DNA of 64,000 bases from Octopus sinensis (lineage: Eukaryota): positions 7,688,001 to 7,752,000 of the forward strand of contig NC_043022.1 of the NCBI RefSeq assembly GCF_006345805.1, written 5' to 3'. The notes under the pieces were generated by a model that saw nothing but the letters and a program-made list of their open reading frames with translations, searched no databases and was not told where the DNA came from. Positions 1-11,712 of this stretch are shown here, in pieces. The stretch's first letter is position 1. The number at the start of each line of letters is the position of its first letter. The position numbers and the translations under genes are program-made.

Positions 1-1
1 G

Positions 2-49
<48 letters not shown>

Positions 50-50
50 T
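1..50. repeat. (GCGT)n microsatellite
   Basis: Perfect tetranucleotide array at the window start. Confidence 0.98.
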
Positions 51-182
51 AATAAGAAAATCAGCTAGTTAGAAAATTCCTAAGAGATGAAAGCAGTACA
101 GTAACCACCTCACCATATCGCGGTTTATTATTCAAGCTTACGTTAATTCCTCCGTGATGTTTTGCGTTTATAATAAAATATA

Positions 183-549
183 CTCTTTTACTCTTTTACT
201 CATTTCAGTCATTTGACTGTGGCCATGCTGGAGCACCGCCTTTTTTAGTCGAGCAAATCGACCCCAGGACTTATTCTTTGTAAGCCTAGTACTTATTCTA
301 TCGGTCACTTTTGCCGAACCGCTAAATTACGGGGACGTAAACACACCAGTATCGGTAGTCAAGCGATTTTGGGGGGACAAACACAGACACACAAACATAT
401 ACACACACATATACATATATATATACATACATATATACGATGGGCTTCTTTCAGTTTCTGTTTACTGAATCCACTCACAAGGCTTTGGTCAGCTCAAGGC
501 TATAGTAGAAGACACTTGCCCAAGGTGCCACTCAGTGGGAATGAACCCG
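183..549 (-). mobile_element. SINE family A (tRNA head, CORE-like domain, internal (TA)/(GT)n, AAAAGAGT tail), 5'-truncated
   Basis: Reverse complement of the consensus repeated across the window (ccttgggcaagtgtcttctactatagcc ... gctccagcatggccgcagtcaaatgactgaaac). Confidence 0.9.
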
Positions 550-721
550 TCAGTAGTTGAAGCCATTATTTCGGTCTAGCTAAAAGGCATCTGGAAATTG
601 TAAAACTGCTGTCAGAGAAAAACCATTGATCCACCGTGGGAAAAGTTCTGTAGAAGTGTTAGTTTAAATTTGGCTATAGCGGATCGGATATCGAATCCAC
701 TTCATGCATGCAAGATTCGTT

Positions 722-1053
722 ACACATATATATAAAATACAAAATGGGACAAGAACGCAAAACATCCAAATAGGCGATACAAAAACCACGGGCGGGTCAT
801 TCGAATCTTCAGTCAAGAACCGTGTCATCCTCGCAATTTCGGCTGATTAATCTTGAGATTGCTCCAATCTAGCCAGCCCCAAGGAAAAACTAAGCTAAGA
901 GCATTAGATTCCTTGGAAAAAGGATCGAATATATACGAAACAAGGACAGAAAAACAGACGATGTTACACGAATATAAATACAAAAAAAAAACAAAAATAA
1001 TACGAATATAAATACAAAAAACACACAATAATATATACATATATATATAACAC

Positions 1054-1095
<42 letters not shown>

Positions 1096-1240
1096 ATATA
1101 TATACACATAATATATACACATATAATATATACACATATATATATATACACACATATATATATACACACACATATTATATATAATATAAATGGAACAAAA
1201 ACGCAATAGAGGGCATAAAAAGGCGGACAAGAGAAACAGC
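722..1240 (-). mobile_element. Unclassified interspersed repeat X, copy 1 (internal TA microsatellite)
   Basis: Reverse complement aligns with 25765-26095 (ttcgatcc..tccaag..aatgc..ttttccttgg.gctgg..cagccgaaat..ctgaagatt). Confidence 0.7.
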
Positions 1241-1462
1241 AATTAAAAGGATATGCAAAAAAGGACCGGTCATTCTTGGCCTTCTTTCATCGTTGCCATT
1301 GTGTTAAACTATCCTGTGTCCAGATTTGGTCAAATGCGTTTTTTTTTTTTCAATATTTATTTGTGTGTGTGTGTGTGTGTCTCCTCCCATCACGCCACTT
1401 CACAAGCGGTATTGGTGTGTTTACGTCTCTGCAGTTTAGCGGTTCGGCAAAAGTCTCCGATA

Positions 1463-1866
1463 GGCGTAGGAGTGGCTGTGTGGTAAGTAGCTAGCTTACC
1501 AACCACATGCTTCCGGGTTCAGTCCCACTGCGTGGCACCTCGAGCAAGTGTCTTCTACAATAGCCTCGGGCCGACCAATGCCTTGTGAGTGGATTTGGTA
1601 GATGGAAACTGAAAGAAGCCCGTCGTATATATTTGTGTGTGTGTGTGTGTGTGTGTGTATGATCCTGTGTTTGTCCCCCCACCATCGCTTGACAACCGCT
1701 GCTGATGTGTTTACGTCCCCGTAACTTAGCGGTACGGCAAAAGAAAACCGATAGAATAAGTACTAGGCTTACAAAGAATAAGTCCCGGGGTCGATTTGCT
1801 CGACTAAAGGCGGTGCTCCAGCATGGCCACAGTCAAATGATTGAAACAAGTAAAGGAGTAAAAGAT
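1463..1866 (+). mobile_element. SINE family A, full length, nested in an older family-A copy (1364-1462 and 1890-1990)
   Basis: Starts ggcgtaggagtggctgtgtgg (A box) with gggttcagtccc (B box) and ends in the tail. The flanks are the two halves of a diverged copy split at ccgat/ag. Confidence 0.9.
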
Positions 1867-1994
1867 AGAATAAGCATCAAGCATGACAGAAAGTGTATCC
1901 TGGGATCGATTCATTCTACTAAAAAAAATCTTCTAGACGGTGCCCCAGCATGGCCGCAGTCTAATGACAAACAAATAAATGATAAAGATATGTT

Positions 1995-2375
1995 GGAAGC
2001 ACTCCGTCGGTTACGACGACGAGGGTTCCGGTTGATCCAAATCAACGGAACAGCCTGCTCGTGAAATTAAAATGTAAGTGGCTGAGCACTCCACAGACAC
2101 GTGTACCCTTAACGTAGTTCTCGGGGATATTCAGCATGACACAGAGAGTGACAAGGCCGGTCCCTTGAAATACAGGTACAACAGAAACAGGAAGTAAGAG
2201 TGAAAGAAAGTTGTGGTGAAAGAGTACAGCAGGGATCACCACCATCCCTGCCGGAGCCTCATGGAGCTTTAGGTGTTTTCGCTCAATAAACACTCACAAT
2301 GCCCGGTCTGGGAATCGAAACCGCAATCCTATGACCGCGAGTCCGCTGCCCTAACCATTGGGCCATTGCGCCTCC
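1995..2375 (-). mobile_element. SINE family C (tRNA head, body A, tail T1)
   Basis: Reverse complement begins ggcgcaatggcccaatggttagggcagcggactcgcgg..ggtttcgattccc. The tail cagccttgtcac..acgttaagggtacacgtgtc..gtaaccgacggagtgc is shared with 6640-6690 and 7446-7560. Confidence 0.85.
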
Positions 2376-2764
2376 ACCATAAAGATATACATGCGAAGAA
2401 ATAGACGGACAAGTACCAATAGAGTATATAATCATTCGTCTTTTCCAACGGAGGGTAATTAAATTATCTACTCCTAAATACACTAGCTCTGTAGAAAAAA
2501 AAAAAGAAAAAAAACTGAAGCGTCACAAACGGAACGCCTATCTTCAAATAAGTCTTTTCGTTTAACAAACATCTAAATAAATATACCAGATTTCAATCTA
2601 TTTACAAGGGAAATAACTCACCAGATAATCGTATAAGAGTTATTTCCCTTGAAATTTTTTTTGGTCCCTGCTACTTGTTTCTAGGTATGATTGCAGTCAA
2701 TACTAGAAAACCTATTTCTTTACTATCCACAGAGGGAATAAGCAAGGACAGACAAACGTAGTCT

Positions 2765-3445
2765 TTTGACTGCGGCCATGCTGTAGCACCGACTTTAGTC
2801 GAGCAAATCGACCCCAAGAATTATTCGTTGTAAGCCTAGTACTTATTCTATCGGTCTCTTTTACCGGACCGCTAACTGATGGGGACGTAAACACACCAGC
2901 ATAGGTTGTCAACCGATGTTGGGGGAATAAACACAGACACACAAACACACACACATATATATATACATATATACGACGGGCTTCTTTCAGTTCCGTCTAC
3001 CATCCACTCACAAGGCTGTGGGGGGGGATCCCGAGGCTATAGTAGAAGACACTTGCCCAAGGTGCCACGCAGTGAGACTGAACCTAGAACCATGTGGTTG
3101 CAGGTTCAGTCCCACTGTGTGGCACCTTGAGCAAGTGTCTTCTACTATAGCCTCGGGCCGATCAAAGCCTTGTGAGTGGATTTGGTAGACGGAAACTGAA
3201 AGAGGCCGTCATATATATGTATGTGTGTGTTTGTGTATCTGTGTTTGTCCCCCTAGCATTGCTTGACAACTGATACTGGTGTGTTTATGTCCTCGTTACT
3301 TAGCAGTTCGGCAAAAGAAAACCGATAGAATAAGTACTGAGCCTGCAAAAGAATAAGTCCCGGGGTCGAGTTCCTCGATTAAAGGCAGTGCTCCAGCATG
3401 GCCGCAGTCAAATGACTGAAACAAGTAAAAAGAGAAAAAAGAGAA
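2765..3445. mobile_element. Two family-A SINEs fused head-to-head (minus 2765-3099, plus 3088-3445)
   Basis: Both copies meet at the quasi-palindrome aaccatgtggtt (3088-3099). Confidence 0.88.
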
Positions 3446-3694
3446 TTATTTTCCTTTGATGCCATTTCAATCGCAACGAAGAAGATTTTTTACCACGGTT
3501 ACCACGGTTACACAAATCAGAATTCCCGCAGATGCAATATCAAAGACTAGTGCAAAGATTAATATTTCGTTCATATCTTTGAAAATGTTTTATTATTTTG
3601 TGTCCCAAATTGCTTGCATGTATAATATATTTTATTCAACAAGGCGGCAAACTGGCACAAACGTTAGCACGCCCTACACACGTTGTTTCCCCCA

Positions 3695-3814
3695 GCATCG
3701 CTTGACAACCGATGATGGTATGTTTACGTCCCCGTAACTTAGCGGTTCATACTAGGCTTACAAAGAATAAATCCAGGGGGGCGATTTGATTCAACTAAAT
3801 TTGATTCAACTATT

Positions 3815-3849
<35 letters not shown>

Positions 3850-4047
3850 ATCTGTGTTTGTCCCCTTAGCATTGCTTGACAACCGATGCTGGTGTGTTTA
3901 CGTCCCCGTAACTTAGCGGTTCGGCAAAAGAGACTGATAGGATAAGTACTAGGCTTACAAAGAATAAGTCCTGGGGTCGATTTGATTCAACTAAAGGCGG
4001 TGCTCCAGCATGGCCGCAGTCAAATGACTGAAAAAGTAAATGAGAGT
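3695..4047 (+). mobile_element. Family-A SINE 3' halves, partly duplicated
   Basis: Two successive segments carry cgcttgacaaccgatg..tttacgtccccgtaacttagcggttc. Confidence 0.85.
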
Positions 4048-5105
4048 ATATTCAATAATTGGTGTGATCACCCTTGCCTTCAATGACTGCATTAAGTCGT
4101 CTGCATAATAATGTTTTGGTGTAACCCTAAATACAAGAGGTCTAAATATCAGTGGGGATGGTCACGGCTGAGTATCAGTATACGCATAAATATGGACTTC
4201 AAATTCCACACACACACACATACTCACACACACACACACAGTACACACTTAGCGATTATATATTTCAGTAATTGAGCTACTGCCATGCTGGGGCAACATC
4301 TTAAAGGGTTTAGTTGAATAAATCAACACCAGGATTTTATTTTGATTTGTTTTTTTTTGTTGTTTTTTTTAAAGCCTGGTACTTATTTTATTTAGTTTAA
4401 CCGATGTGGTGGGTCCGGATGGAGAGGCGGTATAACGATGTTTCGGAAAGCTTTGGATTCTGAAGAGTGCAATCTTCGTGAACTCAGACCGTATTAGACG
4501 TGCGCAGCATTGGGGACGGTGCCTTCAGACAAGGAACCGTCACAAGATGTCAAAGACCTTTTTGTGTATCTCTGACCTTTCAGCGATTCTCTACTTCACT
4601 ATACACAAAAACATACATACATTCATACAGATATACATACGTATATACATATATATATATATATGTATGTATGTATGTATGTAGGTATGTAATTTATATA
4701 TATAATATATAATATATATATATATATATACTTGCACACATACAAATGTACATATTTACATATACATATGTATATGCACAGACAGACATGCGCGCACACA
4801 CATATATAATGTGTATGTAAATATATATATATACACACACATATATATATAATATATGTATGTATATAATGTATATGTATGTGTAGCATGTGTGTGTGTA
4901 TATATATATATATATATAATAATACACATGTGTGTATATATTTATATATATACATTATATAAATATATATATGTATGTATATACATTATACAAATATATA
5001 TTTATTTATACACTATATATATATATATATGATATATATATATACGTTTAACAGTGGATGACATATATATAAATGCATATATACGTGTGTCTATATGTGT
5101 CTACA

Positions 5106-5164
<59 letters not shown>

Positions 5165-5262
5165 CCAAATGTCAGAACTCAAAAATTCAAAGCAGACTGA
5201 CCACCACCACCAAAAGTTATATGCCCCAGCATGGCCACAGTCCTTGGACTGAAACTTTGAAC

Positions 5263-5520
5263 AGAATATAAAAATATAAAGAAATAAACAAAATCCTCAA
5301 AAATATATTTAGAAAAGAGGAATGAAGTTGGCTGAAAGTAAAATGTGTTGAAATTGAGAATCTCCATTCAAACAAACGGAAGAAAATGTGTTTTTAAAGA
5401 TATTAAAGAAAGGACAGATAAAGAGAGAGAAATGCCCAATGGGGAGGGGACAGAAAAAGAAAACTGCTTCTTGAAGGAAAGGAAATCATGAAATGATGGA
5501 CAGAATACATATGTGACCTG
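5263..5520 (+). pseudogene. Degenerate RTE-clade LINE ORF2 fragment (linker between endonuclease and RT)
   Basis: Translation with stops and frameshifts: KYKEINKILKNIFRKEE*SWLKVKCVEIENLH..M/FKDIKERT..KLLLEGKEIMK*WTEYICDL. This resembles RTE/BovB 'CKEIE..K.I....I.KRW.EY..EL'. TGA at 5494-5496 sits at the conserved Arg (likely CGA>TGA). Confidence 0.7.
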
Positions 5521-6425
5521 TCTGAGGATCCGAAAAACCTTCATCATGAAGATCCGAAAAGCTGTCCTCATAAAGATCTGAAAAGCCCTCATTATGAAGA
5601 TCTGAAAAACCCTCAAGAAGAAGATCTGAAAAGCCCTCATCATGAAGATTCGAAAAGCTCTCATCATGAAGATCCAAAAAGCCCTCATTATGAAGATCCA
5701 AAAAGCCTTCATCGTGAAGATCCGAAAAGCTGTCCTCATAAAGATCTGAAAAGCCCTCATTATGAAGATCTGAAAAACCCTCAAGAAGAAGATCTGAAAA
5801 TCCCTCATCAAGAAGATCTGAAAAACCCAAATCATGAAGAACCGAAAAGCTCTCATCACAAAGATCCAAAAAGCCTTCATCATGAAGATCCGAAAATCCC
5901 TCGTCATGAAGATTCGAAAAGCCCTCATCATGAAGATTCGAAAAGCCCTCATCATGAAGATTCGAAAAGCCCTCATCATGATGATCTGAAAAGCTCTCAT
6001 CATGAAGATCCAAAAAGCCTTTATTATGAAGATCCAAAACGCCTTCATGAAGATTCGAAAAGCTGTCCTCATGAAAAGTCCTTATCATGAAAATCTGAAA
6101 AGCCCTCGTCATGATGATCCGAAAAGCCCTCATCAAGAAGATCTGAAAAACCCAAATCATGAAGATCCAAAAAGCCCTCATCGGGAAGATTCAAAAATCC
6201 CTCACCATGAAGATCCGAAAAGCCATGATGATGATGATCTGAAAAGCCCTCGTCATGAAAATCTGAAAAGCTCCCATTGTGAAGATCCGAAAAGCCCTCA
6301 TCACAAAGATCAGAAAATCCCTCGTCATGAAGATTCGGAAAGCCCTCATCATGAAGATTCGAAAAGCCCTCATCATGATGATCTGAAAAGCCTTCATCAT
6401 GAAGATCCAAAAAACCCTCACCATC
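5521..6425 (+). repeat. 24-bp minisatellite (catcatgaagatccgaaaagccct), ~37 units, reads (HHEDPKSP)n
   Basis: Frame open 5497-6090, then a frameshift near 6072 into the frame of ORF 6002-6562. Confidence 0.95.
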
Positions 6426-6504
6426 CAATCTTAGTGAAGGTTCATGACCAATTCAAAGATTCAGCCTTGTCTCATATCTATCCCACACTGATTTTACTTA
6501 ACGA

Positions 6505-6690
6505 TTACGTGAAGGTACGTGTCTTAGTGAGTTCGATTCCCGGTGACGTGTTGTGTCCTTGAGCAAGACACTTTATTTCACGTTGCTCCAATTCACTCAG
6601 CTGGCAAAAATCAGTTATACCTGTAATTCAAAGGGGGCCAGCCTTGTCAGACTCTGTGTCACGCTGAATCCTCCCGGAGAAATACGTTAA
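6505..6690 (+). mobile_element. SINE family C (body B, tail T1), 5' part; continues at 7446-7560
   Basis: gagttcgattcccgg..tgtgtccttgagcaagacactttatttcacgttgctcca..cagccttgtca..tacgttaa, then interrupted. Confidence 0.8.
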
Positions 6691-6871
6691 GGCGTAGGAG
6701 TGGCTGTGTGGTAAGTAGCTTGCTTACCAACCACATGCTTCTGGGTTCAGTCCCACTGCATGGCAGCTTGGGGAAGTGTCTTCTACTATAGCCTCGGGCC
6801 GACCAAAGGCTTCTGAGTGGATTTGGTAGACAGAAACTGAAAGAAGCCCATCGTATATATGTATATATGTA

Positions 6872-6916
<45 letters not shown>

Positions 6917-7072
6917 GTGTGTACATTATCTGGGTTTGTCCCTCCAACATCGCTTGACAACTGATACTGATGTGTTTACGTCCCCGTAACTTAGCGGTTC
7001 AGCAAAAGAGCCTGATAGAATAAGTACTAGGCTTACAAAGACTAAGTCCTGGGGTCGATTTGCGCGACTAAA
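6691..7072 (+). mobile_element. SINE family A, 3'-truncated at cgactaaa
   Basis: Intact head; the terminal gcggtgctccagcatgg tail is missing and family-B units follow directly. Confidence 0.9.
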
Positions 7073-7445
7073 GGTATTTCGTCTGCCACTACGTTCCGAG
7101 TTCAAATTCCGCCAAGGTCGACTTTGCCTTTCATCCTTTCGGAGTCGATAAATTAAGTACCAGTTACGCACTGGGGTCGATGTAATCGACTTACTACCTA
7201 TGTCTGTCCTTGTTTGTCCCCTCTATGTTTAGCCCATTATGAGTAATAAAGAAATGGGTATTTCGTCTGCCGTTACGTTGTGAGTTCAACTTCCGTCGAG
7301 GTCGACTTTGCCTTTCATCCTTCCAGGGTCGATTAAATAAGTACCAGTTACGCACTGAGGTTGATATAATCAACTTAATCCATTTGTCTGTCCTTGTTTG
7401 TCCTCTCTGTGTTTAGCCCCTTGTGGGTAGTAAAGAAATAGGTAT
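7073..7445 (+). mobile_element. SINE family B, two headless 184-bp units in tandem plus terminal ggtat
   Basis: Units 7073-7256 and 7257-7440 each start ggtatttcgtctgcc and contain gtcgactttgcctttcatcctttcggggtcgat (Meta-like domain). Confidence 0.9.
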
Positions 7446-7726
7446 GGGTACGTGTATCTGTGGTGTACTCAGCCACTCGCACGTTAATCCCACGAGCAGA
7501 CTGTCCCATTGATCGGATCAACTGGAACACTTGTCCCCATCGTAACCGACGGAATGCCATTACACGTTGACATCACACGCATGTGAGGGATACTCAACCA
7601 CTTGGCTGCTAATTCACTAAACAGCATTTCAGTAGCTCGCATAACAGAACAATCATCGTGGAAGCTGACGGAGATCCATTTACGTCAATTAGCTTCTCGA
7701 GACCTCTTTACCACAAAAGCATAGAT

Positions 7727-7752
7727 AATATAATAATAATAATAATAATATA

Positions 7753-7796
<44 letters not shown>

Positions 7797-7813
7797 AATA
7801 TAATAATAATAAT

Positions 7814-7874
<61 letters not shown>

Positions 7875-7936
7875 TGATAATAATAATATAATAATAATGA
7901 TAATAATATAATAATAATAATAATATGATAATAATA

Positions 7937-7991
<55 letters not shown>

Positions 7992-8034
7992 AATAATGAT
8001 GATGATGATGATGATGATGATAATAATAATAATA

Positions 8035-8069
<35 letters not shown>

Positions 8070-8335
8070 TAATATAATAATAATAATAATGATGATGATG
8101 ATTGATGATGATGATGATGATAATAATAATAATAATGATAATAATAATAATAATGATAATAATAATAATAATAATGATAATAATAATGATAATAATAATA
8201 ATAATAATAATAATGATAATAATAATAATAATAATAATAATAATCACAACAACAACAAGAATAATAATAGTAATATTCTTATTATTATAATGATAAATTA
8301 TATTATCAATAATATTATAAATAATAATAATATTC
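7727..8335. repeat. (AAT)/(GAT)n microsatellite mosaic
   Basis: Long imperfect trinucleotide array. Confidence 0.97.
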
Positions 8336-8490
8336 TTGTTTGGTTCCACTCAACATTCGGTATTTTTAGAAGTTACTAAGCATTTATTTTAAACGGTGAC
8401 ATTTATAAGTTAAGAATTATATTTTGATAGATAAACAGGAAGACAGGCCAACAGACTGATGAAGTGGTCTATATATATATTATATATATA

Positions 8491-8948
8491 CTCTCTTACT
8501 CTTTTTACTCTTTTACTTGTTTCAGTCATTTGACTGCGGCCATGCTGGAGCACCGCCTTTAGTCGAGCAAATCGACCCCGGGACCTATTCTTTGTAAGCC
8601 CAGTACTTATTCTATCAGTCTCTTTTGCCAAACCGTGAAGTTACAGGGACGTAACACACCAGCATCGGTTGTCAAGCAATGCTAGGGGGACAAACACAGA
8701 CACACAAACACATACATATATATATATATATATATACATATATACGACAGCTTTACTCTTTTACTTGTTTCAGTCAGTTTGACTGCAGCCATGCTGGAGC
8801 ACCGCCTTTAGTCGAGCAAATCGACCCCAGGACTTATTCTTTGTAAGCCTAGTACTTATTCTATCGGACTCTTTTGCCAAACCACTAAGTTACGGAGACG
8901 TAAACACACCAGCATCGGTTGTTAAGCAATGTTGGGGAGCACACACAA

Positions 8949-8985
<37 letters not shown>

Positions 8986-9146
8986 ACGAGCTTCTTTCAG
9001 TTTCCGTCTACCAAATCCACTCACAAGGCTTTGGTCGGCCCGAGGCTATAGTAGAAGACACTTGCCCAAGGTGCCACACAGTGGGACTGAACCTGGAACC
9101 ATGTGGTTGGTAAGCAAGCTACTTACCACACAGCCACTCCTGTGCC
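8491..9146 (-). mobile_element. Two tandem family-A SINEs (3' half 8491-8750; full length 8752-9146)
   Basis: Consensus matches; head ends ccacacagccactcctgtgcc. Confidence 0.9.
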
Positions 9147-9477
9147 TTTAGTCATAAAAATAAAAATGATAATAATAATAATAATCCTACACAACCGTTG
9201 AGCCTGGATGCACATTCATTCATCCATCGATGCTCTCGGTGTCAGGGGTTGACCTGCTTTCTCTTCTGCGTCTTACGTATAGCAAAGGACCACGTTTCGG
9301 ACTTCTCCCACTACTGGGATGAAGATCATTTCACTCAACTAACAAACAGCAACAACAACAACACACACACCTAACAGTAGCAATAAAAGAAGCATCATCA
9401 CCAGCAGCAGTAACAGTATCATCAACACAGGAAAGTAAACCTTCTACATGCTAGAAATAACAGCTAAAAGTTTCATA

Positions 9478-9918
9478 GGCGCAGGAGTGGCTGTGTGGTA
9501 AGTAGCTAGGCGCAGGAGTGGCTGTGTGGTAAGTAGCTTGCTAACCAACCACATGGTTCCAGGTTCAGTCCCACTGCGTGGCATCTTGGGCAGGTGTCTT
9601 CTGCTATAGCCCCGGGCCGACCAATGCCTTGTGAGTGGATTTGGTAGAAGGAAACTGAAAGAAGCCCGTTGTATATATGTATATATATGTGTGTATGCGT
9701 GTATGTTTGTGTGTCTGTGTTTGTTTCCCTAGCATTGCTTGACAACCGATGCTGGTGTGTTTACGTCCCCGTCACTTAGCAGTTCGGCAAAAGAGACTGA
9801 TAGAATAAGTACTGGGCTTACAAAGAATAAGTCCCGGGATCGATTTGCTCGACTAAAGGCGGTGCTCCAGCATGGCCGCAGTCAAATGACTGAAACAAGT
9901 AAAAGAGAGTAAAAGAGT
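9478..9918 (+). mobile_element. SINE family A, full length, with 31-nt 5' head duplication
   Basis: ggcgcaggagtggctgtgtggtaagtagcta occurs twice (9478 and 9509). Confidence 0.92.
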
Positions 9919-10184
9919 ATATAATCCAACCCAACAAAAGAAATATTTAATGGAAAGCATAGCATGTGCGGGGATTCATTATGGCAGGATGGCCATTATT
10001 GGAATGCTTTTGATCTAGTCGACCAGAGCAGACTGAGGGTTAAACAACAGCAACAGCTCATTGAGAACAATATTTGATAACATACGACAACATGTGTTCT
10101 GTGTGAATACAAGCGTGTGTTTATAATGAGGTATATGTATGTCACTGGATATACACATATATAGGTATCTGCCTGTTTGTCTAT

Positions 10185-10215
10185 CGGTCTGTTTGTCTGT
10201 CTGTCTGTCTGTCTA

Positions 10216-10247
<32 letters not shown>

Positions 10248-10540
10248 CCTACCTATCTATCTATCTACTTATCTATCTGTCTATTTATCTATCTATCTAT
10301 CTATCTACCTACCTACCTACCTATCTATCTATCTACTTATCTATCTGTCTATCTGTCTGTCTGTCTGTCTATCACTCTCTCTATCTATCTTCTACTTATC
10401 TATCTGTCTATCTATCTATCTATCTATCTATCTACCTACCTATCTACTTATCTATCTGTCTATTTATCTATCTATCTATCTATCTATTTATCTATCTATC
10501 TGTCTATCTATCTATCTGTCTGTCTGTCTGTCTATCTCTA
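10185..10540. repeat. (CTAT)/(CTGT)n microsatellite
   Basis: Direct reading. Confidence 0.97.
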
Positions 10541-10894
10541 CCCTGCCCACACACACATAATATACACATATAAAATATATATATATACTTATATATATAA
10601 ATGTATATATATATATATATATATATAAATAAACAACAATATATATATAGAGATAGATTGAAAGATACATACATACATAGACAGATAGAGACAGATAGAC
10701 AGAAAGATAGACAAATAGACAGATAGACAGGTATACATGTTGTGTGTGTGTGTCTGCTTGTGTGCACATGTGCATATGCGTATATGCTGATGCATGTGAA
10801 TGTGACTGCATACATATACACACACAGGTAATGTACCTTTGTTTTGTGTGCATACCTGTCTGTGTCAGCAAGTGTGTGCGTCTGGCTGTATGCA

Positions 10895-11681
10895 TACGTG
10901 CGTGCACGTGTGTATGTGTGTATGTGACTCTGCATGTGTGTGTGCACGCATGTGTGTATGTGACTGCGTGTGTGTGTGTGCGCATGTGTGTATGTGACTG
11001 CGTGTGTGTGTGTGTGTGTGTGCATGTGTGTATGTGACTGTGTGTGTGTGTGTGGTGGCTGTGTGGTATGTGACTGCGTGTGTGTGTGTGTTGTGTGTGG
11101 CATGTGTGTATGTGACTGTGTGTGTGTGTGTGTGTGCGCATGTGTGTATGTGACTGCGTGTGTTGGTGTGCGCATGTGTGTAGTTGTGACTGCGTGTGTG
11201 TGTTGTGTGCATGTGTGTATGTGACTGTGTGTGTGTGTGTGTGTGCATGTGTGTATGTGACTGCGTGTGTGTGTGTGCGCATGTGTGTATGTGACTGCGT
11301 GTGTGTGTGTGCGCATGTGTGTATGTGACTGTGTGTGTGTGTGTGTGCATGTGTGTATGTGACTCTGTGTGTGTGTGTGTGTGTGTGTGCATGTGTGTAT
11401 GTGACTCTGTGTGTGTGTGTGTGTGTGCGCATGTGTGTATGTGACTGCGTGTGTGTGCATGTGTGTATGTGACTGTGTGTGTGTGTGTGTGTGCGCATGT
11501 GTGTGTGTGCGCATGTGTGTATGTGACTGCATGTGTGTGTGTGTGTGCGCGCATGTGTGTATGTGACTGCGTTTTGTGTGTTGCGCATGTGGTGTATGTG
11601 ACTGCGTTGTGTGGTGGGTGTGCGCGCATGTGTGTATGTGACTGCGTGTGTGTGTGTGCGCATGTGTGTATGTGACTGCGC

Positions 11682-11705
<24 letters not shown>
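10895..11705. repeat. Compound VNTR: anchor gcatgtgtgtatgtgact separated by variable (GT)n
   Basis: More than 20 anchors with variable-length GT spacers. Confidence 0.92.

Positions 11706-11712
<7 letters not shown>

Noticed and set aside
369-560. Recurrent ~60-115 aa ORFs such as 'RLPNPLTRLWSARGYSRRHLPKVP'
   Set aside because: Incidental translations of family-A SINE copies, repeated at many loci.
2300-2375. tRNA gene (also 26410-26465, 43020-43089 and family A/B heads)
   Set aside because: A and B boxes are present but the acceptor stem is incomplete and each continues into a SINE body.
4396-4600. Possible exon or LRR-like SIGDGAF peptide
   Set aside because: Short motif, stops close by in each frame, no recognisable continuation.
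6002-6562. 186-aa ORF as an intact gene
   Set aside because: The start lies mid-array in the off-register frame and the C-terminus runs into a SINE; treated as minisatellite (see findings).
7073-7440. Hammerhead (retrozyme) core inside the 184-bp family-B unit
   Set aside because: No CUGANGA/GAAA core on either strand, so the concatemers are not classical retrozymes.
10895-11705. CRISPR-like repeat-spacer appearance
   Set aside because: Spacers are only (GT)n length variants, the context is eukaryotic and there are no cas genes.
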